The notes below the pieces were generated by a model. That model worked only from the letters and a program-made list of their open reading frames with translations. It made no database searches and was not told the origin of the DNA. This document shows positions 25,903 to 38,045 of a DNA stretch of 64,000 nucleotides, piece after piece; the first letter of the stretch is position 1; the number at the start of each line of letters is the position of its first letter. Both the position numbers and the translations under genes were made by a program. The stretch lies in NCBI GenBank assembly GCA_965113315.1, contig OZ220367.1; one strand, 5' to 3'. The DNA is from Podarcis vaucheri (lineage: Eukaryota).

Positions 25903-26214
25903 GGCAGAACTACACTGCAAAACTGGGAGAAGTATGGAGGCCAGCTGTGTTGTGGTTCAATGAGGAAGCCTCACATGCTGCAGCTATCGCTGGGCCACAC
26001 CATTCCAACTGCAAGTGGGGGGTGGGGTGCGAAGTCTTTCAACAATCCTTCATAAACGCACCCAAACTCTGCACATAATGAAGCTAGCATGTCACTCAAG
26101 CATTCCGGTTTTATACATGCAGGTGGTTGTACTAGGGAGGCATTCAAACATACCATTCCCCATCCTAAGTGGTACTGCCCAGCAAGATATGCATTGTACC
26201 AGGTTGCTGATAAT

Positions 26215-26588
26215 GTAGTAAAGGTAAAGGTAAAGGTACCCCTGCCCGTACGGGCCAGTCGTGTCCGACTCTAGGGTTGTGCGCCCATCTCACTTAAAAG
26301 GCCGGGGGCCAGCGCTGTCCGGAGACACTTCCGGGTCACGTGGCCAGCGTGACGAAGCTGCTCTGGTGAGCCAGCACCAGCGCAGCACACGGAAATGCCG
26401 TTTACCTTCCCACTTTAAAGCGGTACCTATTTATCTACTTGCACTCAGGGGTGCTTTCGAACTGCTAGGTGGGCAGGAGCTGGGACCGAAAGATGGGAGC
26501 TCACCCCGCCGCGGGGATTCGAACCGCCGACCATACGATCGGCAAGTCCTAGGCACTGAGGTTTTACCCACAGCGCCACCCGCGTCCC
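26215..26588 (-). mobile_element. Full-length Sauria SINE (Squam1-type), young
   Basis: Minus strand begins GGGACGCGGGTGGCGCTGTGGG, with B box GGTTCGAATCC, core TGCAAGTAGATAAATAGGTACC and an (ACCTTT)n tail. TSD TGCTGATAAT (26205-26214, 26590-26599). CpGs are largely retained. Confidence 0.95.
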
Positions 26589-29500
26589 ATGCTGATAATA
26601 ATCTTTTTAAAAATAAATCTTTGAGAGACAATCACTCTCACCCCAAACAAACCCATCACTAACACCTCTATTCAAACCCTCGCTTCCTGCTCTTGCCTAG
26701 GACACAGCAAACCCTCCTGAGGTCGATGAGGGTGTTTAGACATCATCTGCAGTGCACCTGGGGAATGGAGTGTAACTGTAGGAATGGAAGCCTGACTGAA
26801 ATCAGTATCAATTTAAAGACTTCCTACAAAATCAGTACATATTAAGGGCAGCTGCATAAATCAGCTTAGCTTTACAGAAGGCTTCATAACTGTATTATTT
26901 AATGTAATAATAACCTTGTCCTTTCTCTGCGGGAATGAAGTAAGTGAACATACATTTTCGCTATATATCCCACTATATTTTGATCCTGAAAACAATATAA
27001 CTTTTTGATTTTACATGCTACACCTTAAGAACAATCTTGTACAACAAACTAAATTTATATTTTCATATAAATTGTAACTCATTTTCAACACCATTTCCTA
27101 TTATAATATTTATATTTTAATGCTCTCTCATAAATGGTTTTAATTTTGGTCTAGTTATAGTAGTCCATTTCCTTCATGAAGCTAATCCATGGTGTTTTAG
27201 CAAATGATAGGTTTTGCCTGTAAATAAATCATGATTCAATTCCCTCAATGCAATTAATTCCACATTCTTATTCCAATATTATAGCTTCTAGTGATCGTCC
27301 AGCAAATACTATTGCATACGCTCATTAGCTTTCTTTTCATTTTACAGTATACGATCATTATCTCCTAGGAGGCAAACTAACCACTGTTTGTCCCTAATCA
27401 CCATTGAATCTAACTATTCTATTTTCTGTGTTGTAATTCTTACCACTGGAAAGCACCTGTGCCTCCAAGACGTCATCTGACAAACTGGGAAACTTTATTC
27501 AGGTTTCTTCATTTACCCACAAGAAGGATGAAATTGCCATTTGAATCAGAGCTCTTATTCTAATCCTAACATCCCATCTTCCTCTGTTATATGATCTAAG
27601 AGCATCTTGTAAATCATCTACACTGCTCATCTGCTCATTTTCTAATGGCAGATTTTAGTCTCGATTATGTCAAGGTAACAGATTTAAAATGCATGTGCAG
27701 GAACTAGGCTTACTTGAGGAATCCAGTACTTGAGATTTTAGAGGGTGAAGTGTTAGTGACACAAGAAGACCCGTTTTATATAGCTGCCATGTTACATACT
27801 CCTGTTGTGTCACGCCAGGCAAGATTGGCCTTACCATTAGGCAGAATGAGAAGGGGCAGGTGCTGAAGGGCAACAGACCCCCCCCCGCAACCATCCTGAA
27901 GAGTCCCCACATCTCTAGCCATTGGAGAACAAAGCTATATGTGCCACAGGCCTGTCACACTCACACATCCTTTAAAACTAATCTGCTACCCTCAGGTGCA
28001 TTAAAATGGCAGCCCCAAGCCACAACATTTGTAGGTTAGAATGGTTTTTGTTGCTGCTGGAGCAACCTGGGTCAGTGTAAGGAGATGGGAGGGAAGATGG
28101 GGTGAGGCCTTCTGAAGGAATTGGGCTATTGTCAACTGTTGCCAACCCCTGGCACTGTAACCATGATTAATTCACCATACTGGCAGCTGGCAGAAATTTA
28201 AAGTATGCCCAACAAGGCTAAAGATTACCCCTAGGTCTCTTCTGCTTGTTTCACAAAGGAAAATCACTTTATATAATGTAAGCTCCTCGTACCTCAAACC
28301 TCTCACAGCACCAATCTTTTGCCCACAGTATATCGCATTGACACTTAATATTCAGCTCTAAAAACCTTACCGATATTTTAGAGAAATGAAAAATCCACAT
28401 TTTAAAACCTACAGCTGCTGTTCATGGCTGAAAAATGATATTCCAGGGACTTAATACAATAAAAAAAATATTATTAAAGTAAATCTACTGTATTGTGAGA
28501 TCTTGTATTACATGCAGCACAGCCATAATACATCATATAATTTCATTAATTAAAAAGAAAATCAATTACTAACGCTTACATTATTCTGAAGCCTTGCTGT
28601 GTAACCACCACAAATATTCATTTAAGTAACAAGTACCAAATGAAAGAATGCCGTTTATGCTACATTTAGTCCATATGTGTCAAAGACAAATATGAATCAT
28701 TCTTTCATTTGTTGCTCCAAAAGAATCTTAAGCAAGAACAAATGAAGTAGTATGAAATCAAGAAGACTTTGAAATGCTAACAAAATTGAGTGCTTCCTAG
28801 TGTGCTGCTTGGTGGAATTGTAAACAGACCAGTGGGAGAAAACAAAGGTCAAATAAACATGGCTAATATAAAAATGTTCACTCAATAATGTGCTAGACAG
28901 GCAACTTGATGCATGCAGCTCTAAAGGTGTGAGCAGCAATACTGACTTGGGTGACATCACAAATCATGTCAATCAATTAATTGTCTGTCATCATGCACTT
29001 CATGCTGCCTGGAATCCTATGACACTCCCCAATGTAAGTCAGAGCTGGAAAGGGAGAAGAGCAGCTAGTAACAATAGACCGATCGACTCAGTGGAAGGGT
29101 CCAAAGTGGGGGAATGTAGCATCAAATTCACTTTGTCTAAGCCCCCTTCATGCATTACCTGAGAGAGAGGGGTCTATACAATGAGCTGGGAGTCGGTCTG
29201 CATCATCGCTGGCCCTGCCTCTGGCATTGTGCAGTGAGGATGCACATCTGAAAAGAAGCCCTTGCTTTTCAGCTGCTCATGCATAGAGGTTCCATACTAC
29301 TAGAATGACCACACAAACGTTGGTGCCAGGCCAGCCCATCTGCACAATGCTGTGGGTGAAGCCAGTAGTGAAAAAGAGAGAGGCCCAGTGGGCAGCTTTC
29401 AAAGTCAGGTTGGTTTAGAAATTAAGTTGAGCTATGGCCAATGGGTGTTATTTTCAAAGCTTATCTTGGAAGACAATCTTATGTGAGTTGAGAGGAAGTC

Positions 29501-31078
29501 ACCCATCCCGAATAGAGTCCTTCCCCCCCCCCATCGCTTTTGATAGGGCATTAGATCACTTTAACAAATTAGTAAATTGTTTGGTATGTTCATCCCAATT
29601 ACAGTTTGGAAAGCACATAGCATATGGGGGGAGCCAGGTAATGGCAAGTGTCGAGATAGTCCAATGATGAGTCATTCCATCAAAGAGTGAAGTCCTGCAG
29701 TAATTTCACTATCCTGGCCAACATGTCAAACTGGGTACCTGAATCTACACTGAGTGTCAAAAGACAGATTTTTCATGAGACTTGATTTTGGCTTTGCAGT
29801 GTCGTCACAATACCAATCAGTATTTTTTTGTAAGCAGGATTCCCTCCTTTGAAAGTAATCAACTTAGTCAGGTGTCAGAGGAAAATGCTACTTCCTCAGT
29901 CAAGGAATTTTGGAATGGGACTGCCCCTCAGCTGAAATAGGATTTTTTTTCCAGTTGTGGACTCGGAAACAGTAGCAAGATGATTTACAGGTAAGCACTT
30001 AGTTCTCCTATCTGACGATTCACAGCTCCAATAAGTGACTTGAATTGTGTATGTGTAATGAAATGTCAGCCCATCTCTTTCCCAAGTTACTCTCCTACCC
30101 CAATCTCATTACGTTCCTCTTCGTCATATTGAACTGTACTCATCACTAATCTACTTACCTGTATGCCAAACCAAGTAATTTTAAAATGTATTATTCTTTG
30201 CTTTTTGTATTGACTCCATCTCCACCTCCTCCCCTTCCCCATTTAGTATCATTGGTACGGGACTCATAGTATCCATCCATTCATTTTCCTTCTTTCAAGC
30301 CATTGATATTTAAAGTGAATAATGTTGTTCTAACATTGATCTTGTTGCGCTTCACTAACTGCCAGGAATAAACAATATAAGTTTATGGCATTGATTTCAT
30401 GGATTTCAATTTCCCCCCCAATCATGTTCTTGTTAAGCACCTTGTAAAATGCTTCATGTCACATGCTCATCTCCTTTGCTTCATGATCTAAGTGTACCCA
30501 ATAGGCTTCGCCTTGGGATTCCCCCCCCCCCAGCCTTCCCCTAGTGGCTGGCACACTGCTGGTCAATGGAAACAGATCTAACAAAAACATCAACCATAAT
30601 AGCACATGTAAAGTTGTTCTGCTACATGTGTGCTGCTGTGCTCAACCTGCTGCTATCCAAGCTGTTCCCAATCTTGCAACTTTCCATTGTATATTCAGCA
30701 TCTTGCAGAGTTCTGAAAAAGTCAAATGCAAAAACAGACTACTTTCTTTAGCAATGTAAGGCTAGCTTCTGAAAAGACTACATTTCAACATTAGCTCAGC
30801 CACAGACACTGGTAGAAGTCATGGCTGCATATCCTAATTCAGAATCTTCACTTAAGCATGCCTATTTCTAAGACAATTAGTCTGTGGGTAACATTTTTCT
30901 GGGGTCAACGGCCCTATCCTAGAAGAATGCAATTATGGCGTGTTCCTTCCAGAGGAAATCATAGGGTAAAGAAAGCAAGTCTTTATGGTAATAGTTTCCT
31001 GTAAAGATACTTGTGCATTCCTTTCAACGACAGTGTCTGCATCTTGAGCATTTTTGTCTCCAATATCCTATCATGACA

Positions 31079-31080
<2 letters not shown>

Positions 31081-31119
<39 letters not shown>
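31081..31119. repeat. (TG)n microsatellite
   Basis: Seen directly. Confidence 0.95.
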
Positions 31120-31122
<3 letters not shown>

Positions 31123-31715
31123 CAATGAATACCAACAAAATGGACTATCCTGAGCAATAAAAGTTGAAAATTCAAAGCAGCTGAAAGGAACTAAAAAAGA
31201 AGGTGCCTTCTGAATTTTGGCATATCATCCCAATTTGTGCTTCTGTGTGCCTATGTGATTTGAAAGAGAATGAGTTATGTTTTCTTTTTCCTGCTTAGCT
31301 GTTTTCACAGGCCTACCTGGAGTAGAGAATATTTCTGTGAACTGTGTATGCATAACCAAGACTCTTTGAACAAATCTGAATGGGCTTCCTGATGACACTG
31401 CATTCAGAGGACAACACAGAAAATGTGTACACAGAAAATGTAAACCCTAGTAATCTCCTTGCAGCTGAGACTGCCGTGCTTTAAATCCCCCATTCATAAA
31501 TTATGTTGCATTATGAAACCATATTCCAATACCATGTCTTTACAAAACCACCACCACCGCAATAACTTACATTTCATGTAAATGAAAATGAACATTAGAT
31601 GCAATGGGTGAAAAAACCCCTAAAGACTATCATGCTATTATGTTCATAGATGGCTGTGGATGAGAAGATGAAAATGTATTTTCCGTTACATACAGTATAT
31701 GAGTGAGTCATCTAT

Positions 31716-31910
31716 GAAAGGTTGTAGCTCCGTAGTACAGCATTTGCTTTGCATGCAGGAAGTCCCAGGTTCCACTCCTGGCATCTCCAAGAAGGGCTGG
31801 GAGAGACCCCTGACTGAAAAGCTGGAGACCCTCTGCCAGTCAATGTAACCATTACTGAACTAGATGAAGCAATGGTATGACTCAGTATATGGTACCTTCC
31901 TATGTTCCTA
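31716..31910 (+). mobile_element. tRNA-derived SINE with CR1-type 3' end (Squam2-like)
   Basis: tRNA-like head TGTAGCTCCGTAGTACAGCA...TGCATGCAGGAAGTCCCAGGTTCCACTCC (A/B boxes). 3' end CTGAACTAGATG...TGACTCAGTAT...CTTCCTATGTTCCTA. About 195 bp. Confidence 0.8.
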
Positions 31911-34145
31911 TAACTCAGCCCCTCCCAAACATCATTATAAGCATGATAATAATCATATGTTTGGAAACACCCTACCAAAACCCTGCATGCATAAATGAGA
32001 CTGTTGTCCCATGTATTGTTATTACTGTGAAATAAATGCAAGCTCTCAGTTCCATTCACGCCGGTGACTGAATATTTCAGTGATGCCACATCTTCTGCTA
32101 TTAAGGAAGTTCCTTGTTTTGATCCAGTTAAACAACTGAGTGATGTGCAGCAGGTACTTTACTGAAAAGCATCACAGTGCAACAAATATCTTAGTTCTTC
32201 AAAAGGCAATTATGAAACCTTTGTACGGTTATCTATTTTCCTCGATAAATAACACTTTCCGGGATAAGTTTGATCAGGGACCAAGGGAAGCCACATTTTT
32301 TTCAGAATGAGGAGACATTAATCTGTTTTCCCTCCAGCTGAGATATTCTCCCCTACTGCAGTTGTTGGCCGGTGGGCCAAAAAATTTAAGCTGACAAAAG
32401 AGAAATACAAGTTTGTATGAGCATTGTGGCTCATCCATCTGCAGGATGCATAACCTCACAGCTGTTTAAAAGCAGGAGAGGAGAGAATGAAAGTCAACTG
32501 AGGAATCAGCAAAACTACTTTTATTGAACGTATGTATGAGTCAACCCCAGCCATTGTGATTAATGTGCATGATACCAGTTTGTCTTTCAAAGATTGTGGC
32601 TTCTGTTGTAATCTGAGCATTTGAGCATTGACCACATGAATAAGAAATTAAAGATATTGTGAAAAGAGAAACTATTGAAAGATTTGACTATACTGATGCT
32701 TTGATTCTCACACTCATAGGTGGGGCACATTTTTTCTCACCATACATTAGAACAATATGTTCTACTTGTAGGATTGTATGTACGGGTTCACAGAAACACT
32801 TTATCCAAAATTAGTGGTAGTTTTCCTGCAGTCATCTCGTGTCTGACATACATTGCACTGAATTTAAAAGTTCCCTTGCTCCAGTGAAGAATGGGAATTA
32901 ACCCATGTAGTCCTCAGTTATGTGACAGATCCAAGATGCTTTAGGATGAGGTCAACATGCATGATTATCCTGAGGCTGGGTTAACTTAAAGGGACATGAA
33001 ATCCTTGTATGTGTTGGATCCTTGGCACAATTCATTTCCATGTGGATTCACTGTGAGACCAAGTAAAATAAGCAGACCATGTGGTAACAGAACACTGATT
33101 GTGTAAATAACCTCCTAGAGCCAAGGCCAGATATAGTTCCAAATATGCAAATAATACTTTTTATATGCTATAATTGCAACAATTTATTGAGCAAATGCAT
33201 ATTGAGTCCCAGTGTAAAATTCAATATAACATAATGGTTAATGTTGCTTGTTTCTGTTTAATTCAATCAATTCCTGTCTTTTTTCACAACATTTTCAATG
33301 AATATGATGATAACCAGGCAACAGCCACAAAAGGCAGCCCAGAAAATATCACTCTACAACCCTATTAATACACTTCTTCTCTGAACCTCTAGTTGGTAGG
33401 CCAATGCTTTTCAAACAAAGGTCAGAAGTAAACAAAAAGTACTCAATTCAATCTGCCCGCAATATTTCATGAAGTGGGGATCTTTTATAAATCTTGGCCT
33501 AGGCTGAGTTGCAGCCTATCAATAGGCAAAGCAAAACTTGTCTGGCATCAACAGCATATGCTAAAGAGCTGTCTGCACAGCACTGAGGCCAAACTGTCTG
33601 CAACACATTTGTTACAGCTCTCCCATCCCAGGGCAGGCTAAAACAAATTTATTAGGCTCAGAACTGTATAAAGCCTTTGCCTGATGTTCTAGTGATGTTG
33701 GGCATATATAACTTGAATTAATTTAGGGAGAGTCTTATGTGAGGAGAAAGGGCAAGACATTGTGTTTGTTGAATGCAGTTCAGAAAGCAGATGAGAGCTC
33801 TCATATACACACACCTTAATGTACAACACACATACACACACATTACCGCATACTCTGCGGGGGTATAGCACTAGGACTCCTAGATGGCCAGTCTAGAAGT
33901 TCAGAGTGACAAGGAGATAGAAGGAGGAATGAGTGATTCTGTGGTATCAGATGAATGATACTGCTCTTCAGAATTTCATGCCTCCCTTCTTGCTTCAAAC
34001 GATGTATTTTGTCAACGCTCTCCTACACATGGTCAGGGCGTAACACCTGCAAATGGATATGTGCTGATCTTGGGGTATTCTTCCAGACAGAGGTCACATT
34101 CACAGGGGCCTGGTTGAGCACTGCTTCCTTTAGTTGAGAAAAGAT

Positions 34146-35260
34146 TGTCAGGCTTTATCATTCTCCAATAATTAATGAAAAGGGAAACTGCATCCAAAAA
34201 TTATGAAAGGAAAAAGGAAATGTTCGTGGAATTCTCATGGGTGGTGTGCAGTGTTCCTGTTGCCCTAACCTTACTTTTGAGATGGTGGAGGGGGCGAGTG
34301 TCCTTCTGTTTATACTGCAAATCTGTACACTGCAGCCTCCTCAGGTGCCGAGGGAAAGATGTCAAGAAGTAAAACCTCCCATGGGACTTTTTCATATCAG
34401 GAAGTGCAGGCAGCCAGGCTGGCTGCAGAGTGCTAGAGAAATAAAAGCTTAGCTGACTTACAATTATATAGTAAACTCAAAATCCTGCACCCACCAAAGT
34501 TTTAAAGAAATTCTCAAGTGCAAAAAGAATAAGGCAGGAAAAAATGGAAGCTTCTTTTGCAGCAGAAGGAAACTTTTGAGAAATAGTTTGGCACAGAACT
34601 AGACTCAGACAGAGAACAAATCCAGAAGGGTTATTGACCATGCATTAGAACTAGCCCACACTCAACTCAGAACCATCCTAGCATCTCAAAGGAGAAAGAT
34701 CCCACCATTTGCCATGGAAAAGGACCATGGGGAGGCAATAACCCCTGAAGCCACTAGCCCCAAGTGATCCACCTACCCCAGGAAGCCACAGAATCAAGGG
34801 ACTCTATGATCCCTGACACCTACAGCTTGTTCCTCTGCCCACCGTTACCCTGAACACCTAAGGAACAGAGATGGTGACTCGGCTGAGCTGAGGCTCAAAA
34901 CAGAAGACCCAATTAAAACCTGCCATTTCTGAGTCCTACTCATGAGGACTGAAGCATGCCCAGGGCTCCAGGAAGGAGTGGAGCAGGAGGAAAAGCTTTA
35001 AAAGCAGTAAACTGCTGCTTCTGGAGCAACAGCTTCTTCTGATTAGTTCCCTGTGCCTGAACTCTTGGCTCTCTTGCTAACTGAGAATACTTTGCCTCAG
35101 ACCAGCTCCTATTGCTCTTGCTTTGCCAGACATGCCTTGCTGGTATAACAAAGAATCTAACCAAACCAGTCTCAGGGGCATCTACCCCAACCACTTTCAA
35201 ATTGATTGCTGGACTTCGTTTGACGTAGTAGGCTACAGGCTGAGCAGATCTGACCCAATC
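34146..35260 (+). mobile_element. Possible old long LTR (Gypsy-like)
   Basis: Starts TGTCAGG. A TATA-like CTTTAAAAGCAG near 34996 is followed by a pyrimidine-rich R/U5-like tract, ending near TCTGAC. No TSD confirmed. Confidence 0.3.
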
Positions 35261-36371
35261 AGCATTGTGGAAAGCATATTCTACTACTCGGCTATGATTC
35301 TTTTAGGCTCTATTTTTTTTTGCTCCTGATCATTATTTACATCAGGCTACCTCAGACAATACTGCCTGAGGTGCTTCAGAACCTCAGGCCAATATGCTCA
35401 AGCTACTTCAGAGCAGCAATACAAAAAGTATGGAGCATTGAAAAAAAGTATTATTATTGTATGTTTTGGTGCGAGAAAAATGGGCTGTTATATTTGCATT
35501 TGCAGCGGTTGAATTTCTTGGCATTAAACCTGCAGTGTTAGTTCCTGGTGAATGGCTTAAGACAAAAGGCATTTGCTGTATAAAACAGTATCAAGCTTTT
35601 TAAATACAAGAAAATGATTTTGCTTTAATTTGATCTCATTTCTTTCTTCTCTGAAACATTTTTTTTCTTTCAGATAAAAAAACCCCAAAACAAACAAAAC
35701 ACCAAATCCCTAATCAAAACATTTTTATTTATTTTTTTGCCCAGTGGAACCTTGCTAATAAAAAGTGGGATAATTGATAGCAGTTTGCAAAAAAATTCCC
35801 CTTTAGCATTTGTAGTTGAACTTGTCTATTTTGGCCTGAGGGACCAGGGAAAAGGGAGTGGGTGTTCTTACTGCATTATTCATCTTGCAAAGGAAATGAA
35901 ATGTACAATACTCTGATGAAGATACTTCTGTCTTTGTGCAGCAACTGAGTTTATTCTGAGCAGTCTTTATAGATTACCAAATATTTAGCAGAACAAATCA
36001 GAGCCTGCAAGAATATATTTATATTGCAATTGACAGATAAATCCTGTAGGGGGAGTTTGCTTATTACTCTTCTAGTGGAATTGAATATAGAAAATAACTG
36101 TAGCGATGTTTTCATACATACAGTTTCACAGTTTAAACACATTGCAGCACCATGCAAGTCAAAGTTGCAGACATGCAACACACACATATTTTTATAGTTG
36201 CAAAATTGATTTCCAATGAGAGAAGGGAGAACTGGAATCTCTTGCTCAGATTCCTAAATTTGACACTACTGTGTAAGCTTAAGGAAGTTGTGCACCTGTG
36301 TCATAGAACTCTTAGCAGCATGCAGTGCAACACGACCTGGTTTTCCTCCTCATTCCTTAGCCTTTAAGGTC

Positions 36372-36440
36372 ATAATGAGCCTAGGAGGCTGCCTTATACC
36401 AGGTGAGACTATTTGTCCATGTAGCCCAGCATTGCCTACA
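36372..36440 (-). mobile_element. 3' fragment of the Squam2-like SINE or of a CR1 tail
   Basis: CTAGGAGGCTGCCTTATACCAGGTGAGAC...GTCCATGTAGCCCAGCATTG is the reverse complement of the 3' end seen at 31840-31910. Confidence 0.55.
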
Positions 36441-36656
36441 TGTTGACTCCCAAGGTTTACTCTTGGCTGCAGCTCATGGTTAAGAGGAGAGACTGCAGTA
36501 CCGAGTGCAAAACGTCTGAGACTGCATTACTGCCAGTGGGGGACTTGCACCAGCTTCCTGATATTGAACCAGAAATTGGAAACCACTCTGTCTGGTATTG
36601 GTGGGCAAGGGTCTGCAGAACCGAAACCTGTAGAATCAGACTGCACAGAACAGGAG

Positions 36657-36925
36657 CTAGGATTGATACTTAGAAAAATGCAATCGTCCTCTTTGTTTTT
36701 TGGAGAAAAGTGTGCCTTGTCCTGTTTGGACTTCAAACGGGATGTCTTTTTCATGTATTCAAGCTCTTCCTCCTCCTTCTCCTCCTCCAAACTGTGTGGG
36801 CAGAGGGTCTGATGGGAGGAGGAGAGCAGAAGTTTGGGTGAGACAGGGTGGAACAATGAGGAGGACAGCCAAGAGTGAGGGTGAGAGTTATTGTGTGATG
36901 TGGGCAAGAGGTGGGGTGGGGATGG

Positions 36926-36967
<42 letters not shown>

Positions 36968-37415
36968 TTTTTGTGCAGGGAGGATGGGTTGCAGAGAGAG
37001 AGAGGATGAGGTTTGCAGGGAACAGGCCTGCTCTGGTGCCGGCAGAGAGAGGTTTCTTTTTGCCCTTGCAAAGGGGGCAGGTGAGTCGGACTTGGAAAGC
37101 GAGTGGGGGCAGGGTTTACAAATGGGCCTGCTCTGGTGGAGAGTGGAAGAGTTTGCAGGGCATGGGCAGTGAGGAAGGACAGGTGACCACAGAGCAAGAT
37201 CAGAAGGGGAAAAAAATATTCAAGGAGCATATTCAGTGCAACGTCCAAAGCAGAGCAGCTAAAATGTGAAGGCACTGTAAACCCAATTGCAGTGGTTTGC
37301 TTTGAAGTCATTGCTGCACCAGGTAAAGTAATTTTAGCCCCCCAGTCCTCCCCAAACTGTCCCATACTTTGCTCGACCTGTTCTTTATTTTGACCGACCA
37401 AAGGTGGCAACCCTG
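36657..37415. mobile_element. Probable degenerate hAT-type element containing a (GA)n tract
   Basis: Right end GGTGGCAACCCTG (hAT-type TIR CAGGGTTGCC) and TGTCC subterminal motifs at both ends. Left TIR is eroded. Confidence 0.35.
36928..36965. repeat. (GA)n microsatellite
   Basis: Seen directly. Source of the ERERER and SLSLSL ORFs. Confidence 0.95.
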
Positions 37416-37774
37416 ATTCTTTGTAAAGCAAAATATAAATACAGTAAATAAACGTGCAGCTCCCCTTCATGTATGAGAGAAGCATCACCACCCACATTGT
37501 TGCAAGAGAAGGGAAAGGGATATCTGGCAACACACTATTCTCAGTGAGATAAGAAAGACTGCTTAGGCCCTGCAAATGTTCAAGTAAAGAATTAATATTA
37601 CATTGTGGCCATTCAAGCAACCGAAGAGTAGCAGGTGCTAGAAATGGTGACTTAAATTTTCAAAGAGAACATATTTTAAGAACCCTATATTCTTTCCTTA
37701 GCTTACAGAAACTAAGCAGCTGGAGATTTGATTACGGGGCCTGGTCTTGGTGCCTATTTTATGCAGGATGTCTA

Positions 37775-38045
37775 ATTTTAGTAATATGGGTTTTGTCTAA
37801 TATAGAGATTTTTCAAGAAATTTTCCTCAATATTATGCATTTTTTTATTACCCACATTCCCACTAGTATATGCATTTTTACTCACTCTCTCCCTATTAAA
37901 CACTTTTGGGTACTTACTTTTTTTTGTTTGGGAACTATACCACATTTGGAGAAACATAGCAGTATTTGGGCATTGCATTCTTTTGGTGTAAGTAAAGTAG
38001 GATCACTAAAAATGGAAACTGAACTGCATTTCCCACCCATCCCTA
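37775..38045. mobile_element. hAT-type element, right part (family of 62959-63328)
   Basis: Ends CCCATCCCTA. Carries ATATGCATTTTT repeats and ATTTGGAGAA shared with 63120-63328. Confidence 0.65.

Noticed and set aside
26261-26662. 133-aa ORF
   Set aside because: Antisense reading of a Sauria SINE.
31716-31790. tRNA-like sequence (also the heads at 24971, 26588, 46337, 61252)
   Set aside because: Degenerate A/B boxes continue into SINE bodies. These are not functional tRNA genes.
36700-37620. Longest ORFs in the track (289 aa minus, 189 aa plus)
   Set aside because: They run through a (GA)n microsatellite and a purine-rich repeat interior. Low complexity with no recognisable domain.
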